DNA of 64,000 nt, taken from positions 2,209 through 66,208 of the IMG/VR virus record IMGVR_UViG_3300029983_000020. One strand, written 5' to 3'. The notes beneath the pieces are model-generated. The model saw only the letters and a program-made list of their open reading frames with translations, searched no databases and had not been told where the DNA came from. The DNA is from a virus. Its lineage: Duplodnaviria > Caudoviricetes. Below are positions 38,693 through 47,400 of this stretch, piece after piece; the first letter of the stretch is position 1; every line of letters begins with the position of its first letter. The position numbers were made by a program, and so were the translations under genes.

Positions 38693-39844
38693 TTATAAGG
38701 CACTGACCTTATAGTTATTAAAAGCTTTCTTTACAGTGTATTCATTTGGATTAGCAATTTTACTTCCATCTGGAAGAAATGCATTATGGAAAGTAGTAGG
38801 ATATGTGTAGAAATATGTACCTAAGTTGCTGGTTTTGTCAACAATCTGATTTTGCAATTCAAACTGTGAACCATCATCAAATTTGAAACGTATTCTGTTG
38901 TAGCCTATAGAACCGCCTTCAACCGATGTAGTAAATTTCTTTCCAAGTTCAGTAATAAATCCACCAAGCTTGTTATACATTTTCATTTGCCAAGACTTAA
39001 TAGTTTCTTCGCTTACGCGTTTTGCTCTTATCTTTGCTTTTGTATCATAATCCGGAATAAGTACGTATTTTATTACGTAATTAGTACTCATTTGTTGTTT
39101 AACGAAACCTGATAGTGAAGCAAAGAATTGACGATTTTTTCTTTCAAATTGATCTTTATCATTAGTTCCATCAGGGAAAAGTTCTTTAAATCTATCACAA
39201 AGCCTAATCATCCAGTTATATTCTTTTTCTTCAATAAATTTTCTGAAGTTTTCAGCAATTTCATCAATTGATTTTTTGATTTCTGGATTAACAGCTCCTT
39301 TAATTTTAAGTAATTCTCTGGCTTGTTTCTGTTCTTTGGTAGGATTTAAAATTTCTTTTATTTCCGCAGTTTTGCATGCCAATTCATACCAAGTCATTAT
39401 GTTCGGGTAATATTTGTCAACAAAAGCTTGTTGGAATTTTTTTGGTGAGGATTTCTCAATCTCTTCAACTTTTCTCTTTACTTCATATAAGCCATATACG
39501 TGGAAGAAATGAACTGCTCTTAAGAAGGGGTCTGCATGATTTTTATCAGTAGCTTCGTAAACTGAATCGTAGCCCATTTTCTTGGCTATTTTTTCAAGAT
39601 CATTTGAATAATCTCTTTCTACATCTCTGTTTCTGTAATCGTAATATTTCGTTACTGCTCCATCAAGATCATTAATTAACCGGGTGAATTCTTTACGATC
39701 CATATTAGGTTCATCTTCATCAAAACTTTCAATTTTACCAAGATGATCTAAAAGCTTTATTTTGCCGGCTTTCATTTTCGTTGTAGAAGCTACCAATTCT
39801 TCGATAGTTGGCGTGATTGAATCAGATACAGTTTTTGCGTTCAT
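38693..39844 (-). CDS. Hypothetical protein (early-gene island)
   Basis: 383-aa charged helical ORF with a host-type promoter upstream. Confidence 0.6.
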   Translation of the reverse strand: MNAKTVSDSITPTIEELVASTTKMKAGKIKLLDHLGKIESFDEDEPNMDRKEFTRLINDLDGAVTKYYDYRNRDVERDYSNDLEKIAKKMGYDSVYEATDKNHADPFLRAVHFFHVYGLYEVKRKVEEIEKSSPKKFQQAFVDKYYPNIMTWYELACKTAEIKEILNPTKEQKQARELLKIKGAVNPEIKKSIDEIAENFRKFIEEKEYNWMIRLCDRFKELFPDGTNDKDQFERKNRQFFASLSGFVKQQMSTNYVIKYVLIPDYDTKAKIRAKRVSEETIKSWQMKMYNKLGGFITELGKKFTTSVEGGSIGYNRIRFKFDDGSQFELQNQIVDKTSNLGTYFYTYPTTFHNAFLPDGSKIANPNEYTVKKAFNNYKVSAL

Positions 39845-39865
39845 AAACTTTAGTTATTTTGATAG

Positions 39866-39875
39866 TGTAAAGGTA
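39866..39875 (-). promoter_or_regulatory. Bacteroidota-type -7 promoter variant (TACCTTTACA)
   Basis: TAnnTTT(G/A) consensus with an upstream T-rich tract. Confidence 0.5.
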
Positions 39876-39906
39876 ATATATTTATCTGATAATAAAAAAT
39901 TTATTT

Positions 39907-41202
39907 TTAAGATATTTCAATTATGTATGCAATTGTGCATTTTTCTGATTTATAAAGTATAAATTCATCGTTTCTTAAATCAAATCCTCCATGAGCGTAT
40001 ACTGAATCATAACCATCTTTTTGCACTTTTGTGTGACTCAATGATTTACAATCTGAAGTATGATGATGAATATCTTTTTGTTTTCCGACGTTACACTTAA
40101 ATAAAGCAATGAAACCTGTATCTTGACTTCCACTTGTCCAATAAGCTCCTTTTGTTGACGTATATCCTATTGCTTTTTGCATTTTATTTGCAAAATATAA
40201 TCCATCTCCGAACATACTGCCTGTGTGTATTGCTCCTACTGGCCTGATCAATAAACTATTTTGAAGTATATGAAACCAATTCTGATTACGCGAACCATGA
40301 AAAAGCATTTGTTCCTTTGATGATCGAAGTTCTTTGAAGTGATTATCGTATTTATCTGCTGATGCTTTATGGATTACTTTGAAAATATTTTTTATACGTT
40401 TAGCATTTTCTCCAGCTAATGTTTTAACGAACTCAACTTCTTTTCCAGTTATGTGTTCAACAGTGAGACCCATTTGTTCAAGAAGTGATTTTTGTTCAGT
40501 AACAGTAACCATTGACGATTCACTTTGATTTTTTAATTTAACCTGTGAAGCCATTACGTCTAAAGTTGATTGTTCATTTCTGATCATCTTTTGAACGTAT
40601 TCAATATTTTCTGTTGTAGATAACGAATCAACTAAATGATAAGATACCTTTTTCATTTTTCGTGGAATGATACGATAAAGTTCTAAAAGATCATTATTAA
40701 CGTCTTTAACGTTTCCATCTTTGACAATTTTTAATGATACTCTTCCTAAAATTAATTGAGCTTCATCTACCATTCGTTGAGTTACATTCTCAACCGATAC
40801 TGAGTAATTTTCTTTTACTGAAATACTTGCGAATCTTTGTAAGTCGATCATTAACTTACGAACCGCAGCGTTCAATATCATTGCTGTAGGGTCTTCACCT
40901 TTATTCCCGGCTGAAGGGTCTTTTAAAATTTCTTCATATAAATGAGTAACGTCCTTGTAACCTTTTTTATCACCCGTCTTATGCTCATAGAATTTTTCCC
41001 AATCTTTCATCGGGTAAATCTTTTTTTGCCCAGCAGAAACATCAATTGCAAGTTCTCCTTTTATCCTACCCCATTGAGCTTCCCATTCTGTTGAATTAAG
41101 TTTAGTCATGATGTAGAATTTGTTGTTGTTACCATCACTTGAAATACATACTAATTTTATAATATTTCTATTGTTGTTCATGTCTATTATTTTAGAATGC
41201 AA
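39907..41202 (-). CDS. Poly(ADP-ribose) polymerase with WGR, regulatory helical and catalytic domains (likely start ~41181)
   Basis: NNNKFYIM...QWGRI (WGR); ELYRIIPR (regulatory domain); LFHGSRNQNWFHIL, GSMFGDGLYFA...KAIGYT and NDEFILY give the H-Y-E triad. Confidence 0.92.
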   Translation of the reverse strand: MHSKIIDMNNNRNIIKLVCISSDGNNNKFYIMTKLNSTEWEAQWGRIKGELAIDVSAGQKKIYPMKDWEKFYEHKTGDKKGYKDVTHLYEEILKDPSAGNKGEDPTAMILNAAVRKLMIDLQRFASISVKENYSVSVENVTQRMVDEAQLILGRVSLKIVKDGNVKDVNNDLLELYRIIPRKMKKVSYHLVDSLSTTENIEYVQKMIRNEQSTLDVMASQVKLKNQSESSMVTVTEQKSLLEQMGLTVEHITGKEVEFVKTLAGENAKRIKNIFKVIHKASADKYDNHFKELRSSKEQMLFHGSRNQNWFHILQNSLLIRPVGAIHTGSMFGDGLYFANKMQKAIGYTSTKGAYWTSGSQDTGFIALFKCNVGKQKDIHHHTSDCKSLSHTKVQKDGYDSVYAHGGFDLRNDEFILYKSEKCTIAYIIEIS

Positions 41203-41207
41203 ATATA
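41198..41207 (-). promoter_or_regulatory. Bacteroidota-type -7 promoter TATATTTGCA
   Basis: Exact TAnnTTTG match upstream of the PARP gene. Confidence 0.65.
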
Positions 41208-41284
41208 TAACTATTTTCTGAAATAAAAATATTTATTAATTTGTTATTATTTTTTACTGTTATATGGATATATAAATAAAAACG

Positions 41285-41365
41285 ATGAAACAATTTTATA
41301 CTTATGAACTAATTAATTCTATAACAAATGAGGTTATTTATGTAGGTAAATATCGTTCTCTGTGA
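41285..41365 (+). pseudogene. Truncated GIY-YIG endonuclease remnant
   Basis: MKQFYTYELINSITNEVIYVGKYRSL* gives the FYTY...YVGK motif; preceded by late promoter GATATATAAATAAA (41267-41280). Confidence 0.6.
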
Positions 41366-41475
41366 GTTATACAAGCGAGCAGTTTTGCTCTAAGATTTTC
41401 ATAAAGTATTTTCTTGTATTCATAGCCTGTAATTTTTGACAAGCGTTCTTCCATTGATATTGCTTTATCTTCCAT
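41338..41475 (-). CDS. Possible small hypothetical protein (45 aa)
   Basis: MEDKAISMEERLSKITGYEYKKILYENLRAKLLACITHRERYLPT*, starting just after the stop of 41488..42099. Confidence 0.3.
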   Translation of the reverse strand: MEDKAISMEERLSKITGYEYKKILYENLRAKLLACITHRERYLPT

Positions 41476-41487
41476 TTAAAAATATTT

Positions 41488-42099
41488 TTATGATGATGAG
41501 TATTCCCAATTTCCGCATTTGAGGCATGTGTATGTAACTCCTCTTTCAACCATTCTTTTTCCACAACAGTAACTTCCTGAACCTTCATCTTCATCAAGCT
41601 CATCGAACTCAATTGTATCGGGTTCGTAATCGCCGGGAAGTGAAGGCATCCATTCGGAATCATTGATGAATTCAGAAGGTGGGGGTAACTCATCTTCAAG
41701 TTTCAGTCCAGCTTGAAATTTTATATTGATGGTTTCTTGTTTGTCGAGGAACTTTTGGAGTTCATCTTTGTTGACAGTTGAAGGTTTGTTTGAACGAGGG
41801 TTCTCAACGAGTTTGAACCACTCACTGTGTCCGACATTGTACCCCATTTTCAAACACAAAGGATAACTTCGGCCCGTGAGCTCGATAGGAATGTGAATCT
41901 CAGCGCCACTCATTCTGGCGTCAGGATCACCGGGGCGTCCGATGAGGTAAGGGTCTCTAACGACTTCATACACTCCGTTGTAAGCGAAGTAGCTTGAACC
42001 TCGTTTACAAATGAGTTGAATAATGTCACCCTTCTTTACGTCGGTCTTGTTCTTTGCTCGTTTGTAGAGCTTTCCGTTGTACTTTATGATTCCTTTCAT
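41488..42099 (-). CDS. Hypothetical protein with acidic linker and C-terminal zinc ribbon
   Basis: Start re-called at MKGIIKYNG; CCGKRM...YTCLKCG; higher GC than flanks. Confidence 0.65.
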   Translation of the reverse strand: MKGIIKYNGKLYKRAKNKTDVKKGDIIQLICKRGSSYFAYNGVYEVVRDPYLIGRPGDPDARMSGAEIHIPIELTGRSYPLCLKMGYNVGHSEWFKLVENPRSNKPSTVNKDELQKFLDKQETINIKFQAGLKLEDELPPPSEFINDSEWMPSLPGDYEPDTIEFDELDEDEGSGSYCCGKRMVERGVTYTCLKCGNWEYSSS

Positions 42100-42111
42100 G
42101 GTGTAAATATA
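42100..42111 (-). promoter_or_regulatory. Bacteroidota-type -7 promoter variant abutting the start codon
   Basis: TATATTTA-CACC-ATG. Confidence 0.55.
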
Positions 42112-42135
42112 AAACAAAAGCGTGATCAAAAAAAA

Positions 42136-42300
42136 TTATTTCAATAAACTCAGGTGATCGATGATGATAACATCTGGACCCGGATTCTTACGGATTATTT
42201 TTCCTTGAGCATCTATTGTAAAGTTCTTCTCTACATAATCCTCTATTTCTTCAAGGCTATGCTCAAATGAGTGTTCAAAAAGTGTTTTGCTAAGTTCCAT
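42136..42300 (-). CDS. Small hypothetical protein (54 aa)
   Basis: MELSKTLFEHSFEHSLEEIEDYVEKNFTIDAQGKIIRKNPGPDVIIIDHLSLLK*, filling the gap between two genes. Confidence 0.5.
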   Translation of the reverse strand: MELSKTLFEHSFEHSLEEIEDYVEKNFTIDAQGKIIRKNPGPDVIIIDHLSLLK

Positions 42301-42306
42301 TTTGAT

Positions 42307-42588
42307 TTACTTTATAGTTTTTCCTTTTCCTGTAAACTTACAGAAATCGATAGTATCGTTTATTTGAAACTTTCCAGTAGAGTCACGAAACTTGAAATTA
42401 CTAGAAGATAGGAAGTCCATGCGTGTCATATTCCAGTTGCCACGGCCGTAATAATTAGAATATACCGGATCAGCAGAAACCTCTATCTCAGTTATAGTCA
42501 TATATTTTGAGTTGTCTATGGGCGAGTAACTACATGCACTCAAGCCCACTATGATCATTAAGGTGATCAGCCATAGAGTTGTTTTCAT
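42307..42588 (-). CDS. Small lipoprotein
   Basis: Start re-called at MKTTLWLITLMIIVGLSA|C: signal peptide II with LSAC lipobox. Confidence 0.7.
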   Translation of the reverse strand: MKTTLWLITLMIIVGLSACSYSPIDNSKYMTITEIEVSADPVYSNYYGRGNWNMTRMDFLSSSNFKFRDSTGKFQINDTIDFCKFTGKGKTIK

Positions 42589-42590
42589 AA

Positions 42591-42600
42591 TGCAAATATA
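42591..42600 (-). promoter_or_regulatory. Bacteroidota-type -7 promoter abutting the start codon
   Basis: TATATTTG-CATT-ATG. Confidence 0.65.
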
Positions 42601-42678
42601 AAACAAATGCCCGACCGAAAAAAATTTATTTTCAGAAAGTTTGCTCGCATAAAACTTTAATAGCTTTTTATCAAAAAA

Positions 42679-43515
42679 TTATATTGGAATTGGAGGCTGT
42701 AACGGAAATCCAAATGTTTTTGCTCCCGTAGGGACAAAATCTTTATATAAAAATAATAGCCACTGAACATTTGTAGGTTTAAGCATCTCATATTTGGGAA
42801 ATGTATCTTTAGTAACCGTGAATAAACTTGATGCAGATAACACTTTTTTAAGAGATGAGTAATTAACTGTGGAAGTTTTGATACGTAAATCATGTGCAGA
42901 CTTAGGAAGCATCATATCTTCACTTGTTAATGACGCTTTATCAATTAAATTATCAATTACTGCTGGGTTAACATTGTCTTCTAAGTTATCAGCAATTTTT
43001 ATAATTGGCTTAGGATTTTTTGCAGTTATTCCAAAATTTGCAGTATAAGGTTTAATAGATATGGGTAATGTTAAAATAATTTTATCTAAATCATCTATCA
43101 TTTCATTGATGGTAGCTATTTTTTTATCTATAAGTTTTTCTTCTAGATAAATTGATTCTAATCCAGATATTCCAGATACAGATTTATCCCCTCTTTCTAC
43201 ACTTCTAAGAGCTTGATATTTTTTAGTAAGAGCCCATATATCCAGTTTTGTAGTTAAAAGATTTTTTTCCTCAGTTACAATTGGAGAAATGATAGGAGTT
43301 GTGGCAACTTGTGAAGTTAATGGCTTTATAATTAAAGGATTAAGTTCAATCTTTTTTTCGGTGGGAATATTATTAAGATACTCCCATACTATTGTTACGC
43401 CAGGAATTGGTATGAAAGGAAGCACATCATATGTGTATATTCCCACATCTTCCCAATTCATATCAAGGTCTTCCCAGTTGATATTGATTTCGTCCCAATT
43501 ATATTTAAAGCTCAT
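42679..43515 (-). CDS. Hypothetical protein with N-terminal (N-W-D/E) heptad repeats
   Basis: NWDEININWEDLDMNWEDV; divergent from 43571. Confidence 0.55.
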   Translation of the reverse strand: MSFKYNWDEININWEDLDMNWEDVGIYTYDVLPFIPIPGVTIVWEYLNNIPTEKKIELNPLIIKPLTSQVATTPIISPIVTEEKNLLTTKLDIWALTKKYQALRSVERGDKSVSGISGLESIYLEEKLIDKKIATINEMIDDLDKIILTLPISIKPYTANFGITAKNPKPIIKIADNLEDNVNPAVIDNLIDKASLTSEDMMLPKSAHDLRIKTSTVNYSSLKKVLSASSLFTVTKDTFPKYEMLKPTNVQWLLFLYKDFVPTGAKTFGFPLQPPIPI

Positions 43516-43570
43516 AATCTTGTATTAAACTTTTAGTTATAATATATATAACATAAAACTAAGGCGAGAT

Positions 43571-44470
43571 ATGACGTATGATTTAACGGGGAATAAGGTA
43601 TCACTTACATATAAAAATTTATTACAATATCGCGACGGAAGTTTTTATGATGGAGCTGGAAATGCTGTACCTATAGGCGATGTTTCAACTGCTCCAAGTG
43701 ATGTTACAAAAGCATATGTGGATAGTTCATTTGCTCTTAGAGACATTTCAATTGCATATTTATCTGTAAAGTTGAATGCATCCATAAATAGTTTAAGAAT
43801 TTATAATGATGGTTCAATAAGTGCCAGAGATATTTCTATTGCTTATATTTCAGGAAAACTAAACGCATCTATAAATAGTTTAAGAATTTATGTTGATGGC
43901 TCGCTTTCTTCTAGAGATAGTTCAATTTCATATCTTTTTAACAATTCTTTAACAAAATCATATGTTGACAGTTCAATAAATGCTAGAGATATATCTATTA
44001 ATTATCTTTCTGGCAAATTAAATTCATCTATTAACGAATTAAAAATATATACTGACGGATCCTTATTAACGAGAGACGGGTCAATAACATATCTTTTTCA
44101 TAACAAGTTAGATTCTTCAACTGCTGTTTCAAAAATATATGTAGATGGTTCTCTTTCTTCTAGAGATGCTTCAATTTCTTATCTTTTTGGAAAATTAGAT
44201 TCGTCAGGCGCAAGTGCAGCTCTTGACCCATCTATTGATTATGAAACATACACCCCAAGAATTTCAGATGTATCTTTTTATTATGACATTAGTGGAAATG
44301 TATCAAGTATAATATCACTATCAGCTCTTGGGCAAAAAACTACAAATTTCATATATAACACAATAGGAGACGTTTCTTCAATTTCGATAAATAATTACGG
44401 ATTTAATCAAAGAAATATAACATTCGATACAGATATCGATGGCAACATATTAAGTGTACACATAAAATAA
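43571..44470 (+). CDS. Repetitive fibre/coiled-coil virion protein
   Basis: Six repeats of Y.D(G/S)S...RD.SI.Y(L/I); preceded by AATATATATAAC (43541). Confidence 0.65.
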   Translation: MTYDLTGNKVSLTYKNLLQYRDGSFYDGAGNAVPIGDVSTAPSDVTKAYVDSSFALRDISIAYLSVKLNASINSLRIYNDGSISARDISIAYISGKLNASINSLRIYVDGSLSSRDSSISYLFNNSLTKSYVDSSINARDISINYLSGKLNSSINELKIYTDGSLLTRDGSITYLFHNKLDSSTAVSKIYVDGSLSSRDASISYLFGKLDSSGASAALDPSIDYETYTPRISDVSFYYDISGNVSSIISLSALGQKTTNFIYNTIGDVSSISINNYGFNQRNITFDTDIDGNILSVHIK

Positions 44471-44482
44471 AAATTAAATGAA

Positions 44483-47400
44483 ATGGCAATACAAACAGTG
44501 CCTATAAGTGTAAATGCTGATAATATAATGACTCCACGGTTTATTGCTGTACCTAAACTTTCAACCGCCAGTACAGCGGGTTGTATAATTTCTATACCTA
44601 CTATGCCATCTGCAACAACGGATATTGCGATGCCGACATATACAGCATGGACAGATGTTGCTTATGGAAATGAAATATTACTTGCAGTATCCAGTTCTAC
44701 AGGAAATGGAACTAGTACTATAGCAGCATCTTCAGCAAATGGAGGTAATAATTGGGGTTTACGAACTTTACCCGTAGATGCAAGTTGGGGAGGTATAGCT
44801 TTTGGAAATGGACAATTCGTAGCTGTCATTGACGGAAGTACTACAGCTGCAAGAACATTAGATGGTATGAATTGGCAAGTTGTGAATCTTGAAAGAAGCG
44901 CAAAATATAATGCTATTGCTTATGGTAATGGTAATTTTATAACTTTGGGGTGGAATTCATCAACTGCCCAAATATCTACCGATGGCTCTAATTGGTCTTA
45001 TCGAGCAATGCCTGCATCTAGAAATTGGGCAAGTTTAGCATATGATTCATGCCTTAATATTTGGGCGGCGGTAGCTTCAAATACAAATAAAGGTGCATAT
45101 TCATATGATGGTTCTTTATGGATTGAAACGACCATGACAAAAGATACATCATGGAATTCAATTGCTAGTAATAATAGAGGAAAATTTGTAGCTGTAACGA
45201 ATGCCCTCGATGCTTCAGCAGCATATTCATTAAATGGAATAGATTGGTTAAATACAAATACTTTACAATCAGCAGCAGGAAGATGGAAAACGGTAGCATA
45301 TGGTGAAAATTATGATCCACTATTTGGTGGTAGATGGGTAGCTTTATCAACTAGCACAAAACCTTCATGGTCAGAAGATGGAATCACGTGGACCGCTTTT
45401 GGAGGGTTTAGTAGTGCAAAGGAATATTCAAAAATTATTCCGACATATATTCCTTGGAGATCGAATGATACGTTAGTTATAAATAATAACGCTACTGTTA
45501 CAGTAAATACTGATCAAGATAAATTCTGGTCAGGTATCACCATAAATAGTGGAACATTAAATATTGTTAATACCTCTACAAATGTTATACGATTTACTAC
45601 AGGCCGAACTTCTGCACAAGCTCGGCAAGAAATTAGACCAACAAGTGGTCAGGGAATTATCACAGTAAAAGGAGGATGGATTGATTTAAGTACAGGAACT
45701 GGATTTCCAAATCAGCAAATTACTACGCCATATACTGATTGGGTTCCGGCGATTTGGGTAGAAACTGGGCAAGATACATCTATATTCGAAATTTGGTTAA
45801 ATGTTACTGGAGCTTATGGTGGAACTGTTCCAAAATTTGTTGAAGGATTGTCAGCCGTAAACAATGGAGTCCGAGGAAATTTCTTTGTACAACAACCTTC
45901 ACCAGATCAAGATAATCTGCTTCTTATAAATAATGTGTCAACTAATATTCAGTCTCGTACAATTCTTTTAGATACATCAAAAATTTTTACAGGTGCACAT
46001 ATTACATCAAAATCTAATACTGCTATACCATCAAATACTGTAATTGAAAAAATTATTAATAGCTCTACTGCAACATTAAATACTCCATGCGTGGCGGGTA
46101 TAGGACAGGTTGATGTTTCAATATATAATCCGTATAGCGCGCAACTAACTAATATTATACAGTTTGGTGATGGTGTATTTGGAAATGTTATTCCATTAGG
46201 TGCAAAAGTTAGAATACCGAATATCATGCTTACGTCAGATATACCAGTAGATTTAATGACAAATTCAGCCTCGTTATCAATGTATATTAATATGATTAAT
46301 GGCGGTAGTATAAATTTAGATACATGTTTAATAGATGAAGCGTTATTAGATTATACACAATCTCAAACTATTAATATAAAAAATGTAGGAGTTTGGAATC
46401 TGCCAACATTAACTGAATGCTATAATGTCAATATAAAAAATTATGGAATGAGTTTAATGCCGGCTAGAAGAAATTATTCTCCTACTTTAGGTGGATATGA
46501 TCGGGCTGGTCGCGATAATTTACGAAACATATTTACAACTGCTACATTTCTTCATAATATGAATATTGATAATTTAGTGGGAGTCGTGAATTCAATGGCG
46601 AGTGCCACAGGCACACTGACAGCGCCATATGGTTTGTTTGAAGTGGGATATTCAAATAATTTGAATATAAAAAATGTAAGACTTTATAAATTACAAAATT
46701 ATATAGCAGGACAATGTGGAATTTTATTGAATCAATATGTAAACGATTCAGTATTTGAAAATATAGAAACTTATGGATTGATGCCATTAACAGCAATATT
46801 ATCATCTAATAATACATTTAAAAATTTGACATACTCGCATGATATGCGTAATATGACAATGGGCTATTCTGCAGGACAACGTATAGGATATGACCCAATT
46901 ACTGATAAAGAATTAGTAGATAATACGCCTTATTATTTTAAAGTTAGAAATTTTTTTACGAGAAGTAGAGATGCATATTGGGATAGTTCAGAATTTTCAG
47001 CCACACCATTTTTAGCTGACAGATTATTTCCAGAATGGTTTTCAGCATATTGTTCTGCATCAAAAAGTGTAGTATTTGGTTGGCCACAAAGAAATCCATC
47101 AGCTACTACTCCCGCATTTGAAATTTATAAAGGCGATGTTAGAGGTTTTACTAAAAATTCGTCTACAAAAGTATTTAGTAGTAATTCTCCATCAGTTGCC
47201 CAGTGGACATATACACTTGCTAAACCTACTATGACAGCAGCAGCAGGCAGAACTTTAGTGTTTGATGCATCACATGGAATAACTGCATCGACTGGATCCT
47301 TTATTACTGACGGCTATAAAATCAATGATAAACTTATAGTAACGGGAACTAATCTTAATAATAGAAATTACACATTATCTAATGTTTCGACATTAAAACT

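Noticed and set aside
42136-42300. DnaB helicase fragment (DVIIIDHLSLL resembles a Walker B)
   Set aside because: Only a short motif in a 54-aa ORF, with no other helicase motifs.
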